A DNA stretch of 64,000 nt from an uncultured cyanobacterium (GTDB lineage: Bacteria; Cyanobacteriota; Cyanobacteriia; Pseudanabaenales; Pseudanabaenaceae). Under the pieces are notes generated by a model. The model was not told the origin of the DNA. It searched no databases and saw only the letters and a list, made by a program, of their open reading frames with translations. This document shows, one piece after another, positions 40,404-49,711 of this stretch. The DNA is taken from contig OY969811.1 in NCBI GenBank assembly GCA_963703315.1, positions 4,128,001 to 4,192,000 of the forward strand. Direction: 5' to 3'. The translations under genes and the position numbers were made by a program. Every line of letters starts with the position of its first letter. Positions within the stretch are counted from its first letter, which is position 1.

Positions 40404-41777
40404 ATGAAATGGAACTTAGAAAAACATTTGGTTGCTGGAGGCTTGTGTGCGGCTCTATTACTGCTAGCAACAATTAGTTTTGTTTCTTATCAAAATGCGA
40501 TTCAATTAATTAAAAGTACCGAGCGCATTAAAGGAACTTATTCCACTTTAGAGCATCTTGCCGAAATTCAGGCAACTCTTAATGAAGCAGAGTCAGAAAG
40601 GCGTGGCTATCTGTTATTTGGCTCACAAATTGAGTTGGATCGGTATAATTTAGCGATCGCCAGATTGGTTAAAGCTCTTGACACTCTAGAGCAGTCTATC
40701 GAAACAAACACCTTACAAAGCGAGCGGTTACACCAACTGCGATCGCTAATTGAACAACGAAATCAACTATATCAACAATCGAATATTTTATTTTGGTTCA
40801 GTCTCAGTGAATTATCTGCCAATCATCCAATAGTTATTGCTAGCAACCAAAATCGTGCAAATCTAAGACAAATATTCGTCGCTATACAAGCAGAAGAACA
40901 GCGTTTGTTAGAGCTTTGGATTCAAATTTCTAGCAGACATATGCAGTATCGGATCGTGATTGAGAGTACTAGCACATTACTTAGCTTCACCGTTTTCTTA
41001 ACGCTTTATATCGTCTTATATCAGCAATTGTTAAAGCGACAAGAAGCAGAAAGAATGCAGCAAAAGTTTGCTCAAGAGAAAGAATTAAGTGAACTCAAAT
41101 TAGAATTTTTAGCCCTAGTATCCCATGAATTTCGGACTCCTTTAAGTGTAATTTTAGGTTCGGCACAATTGCTCAAAGATACGCTTGCCGACAAAGTTGA
41201 GCGATCGCGTTTACGCAGTTTGACCCGCATTGAATCCTCAGCCAAAGCAATGAAGCAGATGTTTGCAGATGTCCTGACGATCGCCCGTGCCGATGCAGGA
41301 AAATTGGAATATCAACCCAGTTGGCTAGAACTGCAATCTTTTTGTTTGAATTTGGTGGAAGATATGCAGTTAAGTGAGCAGCAAGATCTCGTAATTAAGC
41401 TGATTGATTTAGGCGATCGCACTCATGGCTGGTTAGATGAAGCATTGATCTATTCAGCTTTAAGTAATTTGCTGTCCAATGCGATTAAGTATGCACCTTT
41501 AGGCAGCCATATCGACTTTATTCTCGATGGTAAAATTGATATGATCACCTTCCAAGTTAAAGATCAAGGTATGGGTATTTCACTAGAGGAACAAGCCACT
41601 TTATTTGAACCATTTACGCGAGGTGTAAATGTCAAAAATATTATTGGTACTGGATTAGGACTAGCTCTAGTAAAGCGCTGTATTGATTTGCATCAAGGTA
41701 ATATTTTGGTTGATAGTGATGTAGGCGAGGGAACAACTTTTACAATTCAAATTCCCCAAACTCGACAGGTTTCATAA
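40404..41777 (+). CDS. Sensor histidine kinase with CHASE3-like periplasmic domain
   Basis: TM, AESERRGYLL, TM; SHEFRTPL, NLLSNAIKY, DQGMGI, GTGLGL. Confidence 0.92.
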   Translation: MKWNLEKHLVAGGLCAALLLLATISFVSYQNAIQLIKSTERIKGTYSTLEHLAEIQATLNEAESERRGYLLFGSQIELDRYNLAIARLVKALDTLEQSIETNTLQSERLHQLRSLIEQRNQLYQQSNILFWFSLSELSANHPIVIASNQNRANLRQIFVAIQAEEQRLLELWIQISSRHMQYRIVIESTSTLLSFTVFLTLYIVLYQQLLKRQEAERMQQKFAQEKELSELKLEFLALVSHEFRTPLSVILGSAQLLKDTLADKVERSRLRSLTRIESSAKAMKQMFADVLTIARADAGKLEYQPSWLELQSFCLNLVEDMQLSEQQDLVIKLIDLGDRTHGWLDEALIYSALSNLLSNAIKYAPLGSHIDFILDGKIDMITFQVKDQGMGISLEEQATLFEPFTRGVNVKNIIGTGLGLALVKRCIDLHQGNILVDSDVGEGTTFTIQIPQTRQVS

Positions 41778-41936
41778 CAACCAGAAGATGAGTTGCGGCA
41801 CGAAGTGCCGCAACTCATCTTCTGGTTGTTATGTCCTAAGCAAAACTGGCATTGCTATATAGCATTTCACACGAGGTACAGAGGATTGTTTCCCCCGCCG
41901 AAGGCGGGGGAAACAATCCTGCAAGTTGATATAGCT

Positions 41937-43304
41937 TTAAGCGCTAAATAATCCTAATGGCACTTGCTTTTCAGACGGAGAGAACCTCTTGCGAGAAATT
42001 AGAGACTCATACAGATAATGAATTTTTTCTGCAACTGCACTTTGACTATAGAGAGAATGCACTCGACGATAGCCTGAAGCTCCCATAGCTTGAGCCATTT
42101 GGGGATCTTCCAGTAACTTAGCGATCGCCTCAGCCAAAGCTTCTGGATCACGGATTGGCACTAATAAGCCAGTTAAACCATCTAGCACTGTTTCCTTCAA
42201 TCCACCGACTTTACTGGCAATTACAGGGGTTCCTGCTGCCATTGCCTCGATCGCCACTAACCCAAAAGGCTCATAATAGCTAGGAATCACACACATATCC
42301 GCCGCTGCATAGTAAGCAGGGATATCGGTTTGGTCGATCGCACCTGTAAAAGTGGCGATCGCATTTAAGCCCAGTTCATTCACTAAGCCACGAATGCGTT
42401 GTTGCTCTTCCGTATCGACACCACCTTGACGGCTACCACCAACAAAATAGATTTGGCATTGGTTTTTAAGTACCGATGGCAGTTGAGCGCAAGCTCTGAC
42501 TAAGGTTTCGATGCCCTTACGCTCATCAAAGCGACCTACATATAGAATCATTTTTGTGTTTTCGGCAATGCCCAACTGGTTGCGAGCAGAGGCTTGATCA
42601 ACTTGAGAGAAATGCTGAATATCGACACTGCAAGGAATGATCTGAATGTTGCCGTGCGGGGATACCAACTCACGAAGATCTTGCTGCTCTTGTAAACTAG
42701 TCGCAATCACACAGTCAGTCTGTTCTAGACAAGCCCATTCCACTCCTAAGCGCGAAAGTGCAATCTCTGGCAGTGGCTGATGATGATTCATCTCCTTGTA
42801 CTTAACGGCTCCCACCGAGTGATAAGTATGCACTTGAGGAATGTCCAGTCGCGATCGCAGTTGCATCCCAACCCATCCTGATAACCAATAATTAGAATGA
42901 ATCAGATTGTAAGTAAGTCTATTCTGCCGTTGAAAGTTGAGCCATGCTTCCACAAATGCGGGTAGATAGGGAAATAACTGGTCACGGTGAATAAATTCAG
43001 TAGGTCCAGCAGTGAGGCGGATTGTCCTACATCCATTGTTGTGTTGCACAATCTTAGGCTGTTCAGGATCTTCGCGACGGGTGAACATATCAACCTGACA
43101 GCCGCGTTTTGCTAGTGATAAGCCTAAAGATTTAACGTAGAGGTTTTGACCACCTGCACCATCCTTGCCAAGTTGGGCAGCAGGATCTCCATGTACTGAG
43201 ATTAGAGCATAACGATGTGGTGGGATAATTGGGATAGATAGACTTCGCTCTAAGATTTCAGTTTTCCATTTGGGCTGTGTAAATAGTTTGCTAGTCATAA
43301 TCAC
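41937..43304 (-). CDS. GT4 glycosyltransferase resembling single-domain cyanobacterial sucrose-phosphate synthase (MshA-like clade)
   Basis: ALISVHGDP..G..GAGGQNLYV, HSNYWLSG, HTYHS.GAVKY, VGRFDERKGIETL, YEPFGLVAIEAMA. Confidence 0.7.
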   Translation of the reverse strand: MIMTSKLFTQPKWKTEILERSLSIPIIPPHRYALISVHGDPAAQLGKDGAGGQNLYVKSLGLSLAKRGCQVDMFTRREDPEQPKIVQHNNGCRTIRLTAGPTEFIHRDQLFPYLPAFVEAWLNFQRQNRLTYNLIHSNYWLSGWVGMQLRSRLDIPQVHTYHSVGAVKYKEMNHHQPLPEIALSRLGVEWACLEQTDCVIATSLQEQQDLRELVSPHGNIQIIPCSVDIQHFSQVDQASARNQLGIAENTKMILYVGRFDERKGIETLVRACAQLPSVLKNQCQIYFVGGSRQGGVDTEEQQRIRGLVNELGLNAIATFTGAIDQTDIPAYYAAADMCVIPSYYEPFGLVAIEAMAAGTPVIASKVGGLKETVLDGLTGLLVPIRDPEALAEAIAKLLEDPQMAQAMGASGYRRVHSLYSQSAVAEKIHYLYESLISRKRFSPSEKQVPLGLFSA

Positions 43305-43377
43305 ATCTCGATTAACGATGTGCTTAAACTAAGTTCTTTCTAGTTAGGAAAATGAGGTTGAAACGGGGATAATTCGG

Positions 43378-43437
43378 GAGTCTGTCTAAAGAGATAGAAT
43401 TAAATTCTCTCTCAAGAGTCTGTCTAAAGAGATAGAA
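43378..43437. repeat. 22-bp direct repeat x2 upstream of the GT4 gene
   Basis: gagtctgtctaaagagatagaa at 43378-43399 and 43416-43437. Confidence 0.85.
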
Positions 43438-43527
43438 CAAAGCGATTGCTTCAACCCAAAACTAGAGCTTGTGCCGCCCGCTACGCGGGCGGCACAAGCT
43501 CTAGTTTTAGGTTTACGACTTAGAGTT

Positions 43528-44121
43528 TTAAATTCTTCTCAAAACAAATAGATTACCTTCATTGCCTCTACCAATTCGCAGATCTTGATCAAGATAGGTT
43601 GTCTCTAACCAACCTTTTTGATCTTCGCGTTTAATTTGGAAGTCGATCGCCAATAACTTCTTAGGCGATCGCAAAGTATCAATAAAACTATTCACATCCT
43701 GATAGCCCACCAAAGTTTGAGAGCCAGCTACTAAACGCTCAAAATTCACCTTGACTCGTTTCTCATTTACTACGGAGAAATTGGCACAGACGCTTACTAA
43801 TCCACCTAGTAGTGGCAAACCCTTAATTTCGGCAATATTGAAAATTTTGCCTTCAGTTACCCGCAAACATTGATAGATATTGCCTAGTTTATAAAATGGA
43901 AAGCGATCTATTCCTAAAAGCTCTTGACTGGTGGTAAATAGCAATAGCCAATTTCCATCTAATAACTCAGGGCTTTGTGTCGGTGCAGGGGTAGGATTTA
44001 GCTCTTCGAGATAGGCAACCGCCGAAAAAATTGCCTTGCGCTGATCCTCAGTCATATTCAAGCCGCGATTCACAGGGGCGATCGCCTGAAGGAGATTTGC
44101 TTTGCGAGTAGTACTAGTCAT
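43528..44121 (-). CDS. PAP/fibrillin family protein
   Basis: LEELNPTPAP, LLDGNWLLLFTTS, GWLETTYLD.DLRIGRGNEGNLFVL. Confidence 0.92.
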   Translation of the reverse strand: MTSTTRKANLLQAIAPVNRGLNMTEDQRKAIFSAVAYLEELNPTPAPTQSPELLDGNWLLLFTTSQELLGIDRFPFYKLGNIYQCLRVTEGKIFNIAEIKGLPLLGGLVSVCANFSVVNEKRVKVNFERLVAGSQTLVGYQDVNSFIDTLRSPKKLLAIDFQIKREDQKGWLETTYLDQDLRIGRGNEGNLFVLRRI

Positions 44122-44718
44122 AGCCTTGTTTTTACGATATTTCTGCGTATTTCTCAGGTATAAAAACTAAAAACTGTAAAGCGCAGCGTGCGTTACAGTT
44201 TTTAGTTCTGATTTTTAATTATGTCCAGCTACTTATGACCAACTCGGCTCTCAGGATTATAAAAAATTAACAACCACAACATTGCGCTCACTAAAGAGCA
44301 TAATGTATGATATAGAATGTATTGGCAATAAAACAATATAAGCTTTAGATGTTGTAGATCTAAAGGCTCTTCTGGGTTCATGGAAATAAGCGCAGCTAAT
44401 AGTAGCCAGAAGCATTTCTGAGCAACAGTTATAGCTTTATCACGCCGCCAATTCTAGTGACTACGCTAATCAAACGTTAGCGATAGGTTTTTACTGCTTG
44501 GACATAGGTTCGCTTGAAATTGATTCAGAATCTACTTTGTAACTAAATAAATTTGATTTTCCTTAATCATAGTCTTAACCAACATTCTCAAATATATTAG
44601 TCAAGTTTTAGCTAAAAGTCAAGTCTTGATAGCTCGCTGCTATCAAAACCATGGAAATGTTTCAACATTTCCTCTAGAGAAACACGTCATCGCTTTTTAG
44701 TGAGGAAAATCGGAATTC

Positions 44719-47355
44719 ATGCCTAATCATAGTAAAAAAACTAACTCAAGGTCTTCATCCTATCGGTTGATAGCAGCGACATTGACAATGAGTGGGGTGT
44801 CATCTTTACTACCATACCTTGCGATCGCTCAAGTTGTGCCACCAACGCCAGCAGGTGTCCAAATCCTCAACCGTGCATCAGGTACTTATAGAGACCCAAA
44901 TAATCCTAATGACGAGATTAACGCCACTTCCAACACCGTCACCGTTACCGTCGCAGAGGTAGCAGGGATCACCAATGTGCCTGCGGGAATTATCGATGTC
45001 AACGGTGGTAGTGTATCCGTCAACGATGTAATTAACTTTGACTTTTTAGTTACGAATACAGGAAATGCTCCTACCAATATTGTTTTCCCCGCAATTGGTA
45101 ATATTACTACCCAAGGCTTAAACGCTGGTACATTGCAGTATCAATTAGACCTCAACAATGATGGAGATTTTCTTGATGCTGGTGAAGGCTTGCAGACAGG
45201 TACATTTACCACCACCACCCCAATTCCTGCGGGTAGCTCTGTGCGTGTCAGAGTTGTTGGCACAGTAACTGCCACAAACGCAGGTGATACCGTCAGTGTT
45301 CAACTAGGTAATACAGGATTAAATAACAACTCGGCTGGAACTCAAAATCAGCCAGACTCAGGGGCTGAGCCTCCTGCCGCAGGTGGTGAAGGTAGTAATG
45401 CTAATGAGGTTCGTACCGTCAACTTTGGTCCTGATTTACCCGTTAATGGTGAACGTGAAGCTTCAGCAATTCAATCAACGACAGTGGCTACGGCTGTTCG
45501 TAATATTGCCTTAGCCACTGTTCTAAAAACTAGAGCAGCTTACGATGCGGGGGTGGCAAATACAGTAGTAGATGATCGCCTCACCTATCGACTTAATTTA
45601 AGAGTTGCAGGGACATCTCCTGCTCCTGCCCAATTCACTCCAGCTAACCTCGAAGGAACTACAGTTAATGTTGATGGTTCTAGCGCAACTCCCCGCATCT
45701 TAATTTCTGACGTGATTCCCGCAGGAACCAGAATTGATGAAACATTTAATGCGGCTGCAAATTTACCTGCGGGTTGGCAAGCCGTCTATCAATATACTGG
45801 AACCGCCGCCGCTACTACACCTGTCGGCAGCGCTCCTCCAGCAGTAGCATGGTCAACTACCGCACCAACTGCTGGAACTGCACCAAATGTTGTCCGCGTT
45901 GGCTATATTTTTACAGGAACACTTGCTCCGGGCTTTAGTACTGAATTAGTTGCGAATGCTTTCCAATTCAGAGTGGTCACATCAGGATTGCCAGCTACAG
46001 GTGGGGTGATTAATAACATTGCTCAGGTATTTGGGGAAACCGTAGGCGATCCTACCAATCGCGTGGTCTATGACGAATCAGGCGACCAAAATCCCAATAA
46101 CTTTGAAGGAGCTACTCCGCCTGCTCCTGAAGGTACACTATATACACCTGCTACAGATACTGGTGTACCCGATCCTGCGGTACAAAATACTGACCCAAAT
46201 AACAACAACACAGGTACAGGACCTGGCGGGGAAGTCAACATTTTCCCAATTGTGCAAGCAGGTGGCATTCTGAATGGAACCAATAATGTTCCGGGGGCGA
46301 TCGGACGAAGTAATACCAACCAAGATGACTTTACTAACCGTTCTACACCTTTGATTGCCGCAGAATCAGTGCCTGGGCAAACAACTGCGTTTAATCCGCC
46401 ACCAATTATTTTTAACAACACCTTCCAAAACCCACCCAGCAACACGACTAACCTAGATACAGTAAGGTTGCTACCATTACCTCCTAATAATCCCTCTGTA
46501 CCTGGAGTGTCACAACAACCAGATGCAGACATTCCCATTGGTACAAGGGTGACAATTACTTTTGGTACACAGATCGCCGTGTATGACTATACAGCAGTAG
46601 GTGTTTATACCTTTAATGCAGGAGCAAGCTCTGGACTTCCTGTTGGTTCGACAAGCGTATTAGTCAATGGTTTAGCGCCCAACGTGCTGAATAACTATAC
46701 TGTCACGCTTGATTTGCCATCAGGTAATCAGAATACACTTCTATCTGTAGATCGTTTCTTGGCAAATGGAGCCGATCGTGCAGGTTTTAATGTACCGATT
46801 GTTGCTTTTGTGGATAACGACAATAATGGAGCCTTCGTTGCCGCGAATGATCCAATCTATAACATCACAATCGATCGCGGTTACACAGGTTATGTAAGGT
46901 TGCGGAAACAGTCTCAAGTCTTGCAAGGTACTAGTCCGCGCCCTGTCACTCCAGCCACAAATGGAGTGCTTGATGAAACGGCTAAGACCGCAGAACCGGG
47001 CAATATAATTCGCTATGTGATTGAGTACGTCAACTTCTCAACGCCTCTAACTGCGGCTGGTGCTGGTAGCGTAGTTCTAGATGCGGCAACCTTGGTGATT
47101 ACCGAAAATGGCGCAACTGCACCTAATAACTGGGCAGGCGTGTCATTACACTTTAACAATCCCGCCGTAGTTGGTGGATTTGCTCAAAATACTTTTGCTT
47201 CCCAAGGCACTGTTACTTTTAATGGCGCTGCAATCCCAGATCCAGCGACAGGAGCAGCTATCACGACTTATGTAAATAATGTCGGCACAATTCAGCCTGC
47301 AACAAATCCAGCCACCTTCCAAGGGTCTTTCCGTTTCCATCGTCAGTTGCAATAA
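44719..47355 (+). CDS. Secreted DUF11/Ig-like protein; putative major fibre (shaft) subunit
   Basis: Signal peptide (AIA/Q); N-terminal TPAGVQILNRASGTY..SNTVTVTV; internal K..D.IP..N domain; C-terminal LRK..PGNIIRYVIEYVN..FRFHRQLQ-stop. Confidence 0.75.
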   Translation: MPNHSKKTNSRSSSYRLIAATLTMSGVSSLLPYLAIAQVVPPTPAGVQILNRASGTYRDPNNPNDEINATSNTVTVTVAEVAGITNVPAGIIDVNGGSVSVNDVINFDFLVTNTGNAPTNIVFPAIGNITTQGLNAGTLQYQLDLNNDGDFLDAGEGLQTGTFTTTTPIPAGSSVRVRVVGTVTATNAGDTVSVQLGNTGLNNNSAGTQNQPDSGAEPPAAGGEGSNANEVRTVNFGPDLPVNGEREASAIQSTTVATAVRNIALATVLKTRAAYDAGVANTVVDDRLTYRLNLRVAGTSPAPAQFTPANLEGTTVNVDGSSATPRILISDVIPAGTRIDETFNAAANLPAGWQAVYQYTGTAAATTPVGSAPPAVAWSTTAPTAGTAPNVVRVGYIFTGTLAPGFSTELVANAFQFRVVTSGLPATGGVINNIAQVFGETVGDPTNRVVYDESGDQNPNNFEGATPPAPEGTLYTPATDTGVPDPAVQNTDPNNNNTGTGPGGEVNIFPIVQAGGILNGTNNVPGAIGRSNTNQDDFTNRSTPLIAAESVPGQTTAFNPPPIIFNNTFQNPPSNTTNLDTVRLLPLPPNNPSVPGVSQQPDADIPIGTRVTITFGTQIAVYDYTAVGVYTFNAGASSGLPVGSTSVLVNGLAPNVLNNYTVTLDLPSGNQNTLLSVDRFLANGADRAGFNVPIVAFVDNDNNGAFVAANDPIYNITIDRGYTGYVRLRKQSQVLQGTSPRPVTPATNGVLDETAKTAEPGNIIRYVIEYVNFSTPLTAAGAGSVVLDAATLVITENGATAPNNWAGVSLHFNNPAVVGGFAQNTFASQGTVTFNGAAIPDPATGAAITTYVNNVGTIQPATNPATFQGSFRFHRQLQ

Positions 47356-47371
47356 CAATCCTAGTCTATCA

Positions 47372-47407
47372 GGATTTTCCAATGAGCATATACTCATTGG
47401 AAAATCC
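47372..47407 (+). terminator. Strong stem-loop after the first operon gene (partial terminator or mRNA stabiliser)
   Basis: ggattttccaatgag-catata-ctcattggaaaatcc, 15-bp perfect stem without a U tract. Confidence 0.65.
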
Positions 47408-47501
47408 CCAAAGGTTGACTTAGCGAGGCTTTCGCCTTTTCAATTTACTAGACACAATTGAACAAGAATGCAAAACAGTCTAATTAAATTTTATTGAGGT
47501 T

Positions 47502-48095
47502 TTGGAATCAATCATGAAAAAATTTGAAATTAAATCATTGTATCTAGCGGTTGGTGCGGTGGTGCTACCGATGTTGCTATTGTCTACCGCGATCGCTAGC
47601 AATACTAGTTCTACTAATTCTGCTGTTCAAGATCTACGAGTCGCCCAAAAACAGCAGCCTGTAGAATTATTACTAGCAGCCGAAAAGCGTCAAATCAGCC
47701 GTGATGAGTCAGGGAAAGACAAGATTTCTTGGAATGCACTTCCTTCTAATTCGCAAGTGATTCCCGGTAGTGTTTTGCGCTATACAGTAATTGCCAAAAA
47801 CAACACTAGTCGGAATATGCGTAACCTTACGGTAATTCAACCGATTCCTAATGGCATGGTGTACATCATTGCATCGGCAACTGCTTTAAATACATCAGGC
47901 GCTAAATTGGAATTTAGTATTGATGGCGGTAAAACTTTTAGCGTTAACCCAATTATTCGCGTGCGGGGTCGTGATGGCAAGATCGAAGAGCGTCCTGCTC
48001 CTGCTGATGCTTATACCCATGTGCGTTGGAACTTTGGGGAGAGTTTACCAGCAAATTCTCAGTTAACAGTTGCTTATCAGGTTCGCGTTAAGTAG
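47502..48095 (+). CDS. Small secreted single-DUF11-domain protein; ATG 47514 is the probable start
   Basis: Signal peptide; AEK..PGSVLRYTVIAKN..NLTVIQPIPNGMVY..FSIDGGKTF..YTHVRW..VAYQVRVK-stop. Confidence 0.8.
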   Translation: MESIMKKFEIKSLYLAVGAVVLPMLLLSTAIASNTSSTNSAVQDLRVAQKQQPVELLLAAEKRQISRDESGKDKISWNALPSNSQVIPGSVLRYTVIAKNNTSRNMRNLTVIQPIPNGMVYIIASATALNTSGAKLEFSIDGGKTFSVNPIIRVRGRDGKIEERPAPADAYTHVRWNFGESLPANSQLTVAYQVRVK

Positions 48096-48205
48096 TTGAT
48101 GTAATGATGCACTGTGTCAAGCACAGTGCATCATTAACCATGATTAAAACTGATTCATTGATTAAAACTGATTCATTCCGTTTGAATATCTAGAGTGATA
48201 GAACT

Positions 48206-49711
48206 TTGATGAATATGCGATCGCTTAAAATAATAGTAAAGCGATATGCTTTCTTTTTCTGGCTGTGGCTGGGAAGTTTAGCGTTATGTCTTTGTCTGAT
48301 GAATAGTAGTGCTTACGGTCAAGCACGAAATTTTGAAGTGCGTAACCAAGCAAGTGGTAGCTATAACACTATAGGTGTAACTGATTCAGTTCAAACTTCT
48401 TCAACACAAACCAGTATTAATGGCGATCGCCTCATCGATCCTCTAGGTCAGATTCTCGATTGCGGAGGTAATGAGTTTGAGGATTACACTGGGTTTACGG
48501 TGGGATTATATCAAGCAGTTGGTAGCAATGGTGAAATTGGTGCTCCCATTGCTTTACCCCCAACCAATCCGCCAAACACGACTTCGCCGATAGGTATTGC
48601 TCCCAATATTGCCAACATTAATCCCTATGCAATCACTAATGTCGCAGTAAACGCTAGACGTGGTGTATATAACTTTCTGTTAAATACTAGTCAGACAACT
48701 TCAGGAAGTACCTACATCTTAGTTGTTAATCCACCTGCGAGCCTTGCTCTTGGACAGAGGCGCATTCGCATTGTCATTGGCACTCTTAATGGTATTCGTT
48801 TACCCTATACCGCAACAGCCGTAGATGGTAGACCAATTGGAGTGAACGGACTTTTTTCAGTTACTGATTCTGTCGTGGTTAACAATGCTGATGAAAATGC
48901 TTTATCCCTAGTTGCGATGCAACTGAATGCAGCTATATCTGTATGTGAAGCCCGCGAGATTCAAATTATCAAAACAGGCGATCGCGCTGCTGCTGAACCG
49001 GGAGATATTCCTTCCTATCGACTGACGATCAAAAATCTCACCAATACAACATTAAGCAATCTAGTGGCTACAGATTCTCTACCGATCGGATTGCGCTATG
49101 TGCAGAATTCCGCGAGAGCTTCTGTTAATGGCAACTTAGTTCCTGTTGCGGTTCAGGAAAATGGGAATAATTTAATCTTTGCGATCCAAGGACAAATACC
49201 TGCTGGAAAGGTAAGTGCTTTGGTTGCCTATGCGGTCACAGTCACTCCCGATGCCATCAGAGGGACTGGTAGGAATTCGGCTTCAGCCTCTGCCGTCAGA
49301 GTGGACAACAATTACACAGTTCGGGATGGTCCCGCTATTTTTACGATGCGAATTCGTCCTGGCATTGTTACTGATTGCGCTACTTTAATTGGCAGAGTCT
49401 TTGTAGATAAGAATTTTGATGGAGAGCAGCAGGATGGCGAACCGGGAGTTCCCAATGCTGTGGTGTTTATGGACGATGGTAATCGCATTGTTACCGATGC
49501 CAATGGATTATATTCTATTGCCAATGTGATTCCGGGCGATCGCACTGTGGTCTTAGATTTAAGTTCTTTGTCTGGATATACCTTAGCCCCCAACTTGTAC
49601 TTTATCGAACGAAACACTCAGTCTCGGCTGGTGCGTCTATCACCAGGTGGTTTAGCTAGGGCTAATTTTGCGGTAACTCCAACGTTTAGGGGTCTGGCAG
49701 GGCAACAATAA
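48206..49711 (+). CDS. Secreted DUF11 protein with C-terminal SdrD-B-like domain
   Basis: Signal peptide (AYG/Q); VRNQASGSY; IIKTGD..EPGD..YRLTIKN..TDSLPIGLRY..GRNSASA; GRVFVDKNFDGEQQDGEPGVPNA. Confidence 0.8.
   Translation: MMNMRSLKIIVKRYAFFFWLWLGSLALCLCLMNSSAYGQARNFEVRNQASGSYNTIGVTDSVQTSSTQTSINGDRLIDPLGQILDCGGNEFEDYTGFTVGLYQAVGSNGEIGAPIALPPTNPPNTTSPIGIAPNIANINPYAITNVAVNARRGVYNFLLNTSQTTSGSTYILVVNPPASLALGQRRIRIVIGTLNGIRLPYTATAVDGRPIGVNGLFSVTDSVVVNNADENALSLVAMQLNAAISVCEAREIQIIKTGDRAAAEPGDIPSYRLTIKNLTNTTLSNLVATDSLPIGLRYVQNSARASVNGNLVPVAVQENGNNLIFAIQGQIPAGKVSALVAYAVTVTPDAIRGTGRNSASASAVRVDNNYTVRDGPAIFTMRIRPGIVTDCATLIGRVFVDKNFDGEQQDGEPGVPNAVVFMDDGNRIVTDANGLYSIANVIPGDRTVVLDLSSLSGYTLAPNLYFIERNTQSRLVRLSPGGLARANFAVTPTFRGLAGQQ

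Noticed and set aside
43378..43437. Possible mini-CRISPR (22-bp repeat x2)
   Set aside because: Only two units, a 16-bp spacer, and no cas genes in the window.
44122..44718. c-di-GMP or other riboswitch in the DUF11 operon leader
   Set aside because: No recognisable consensus by eye; only generic hairpins. An Rfam scan is needed.
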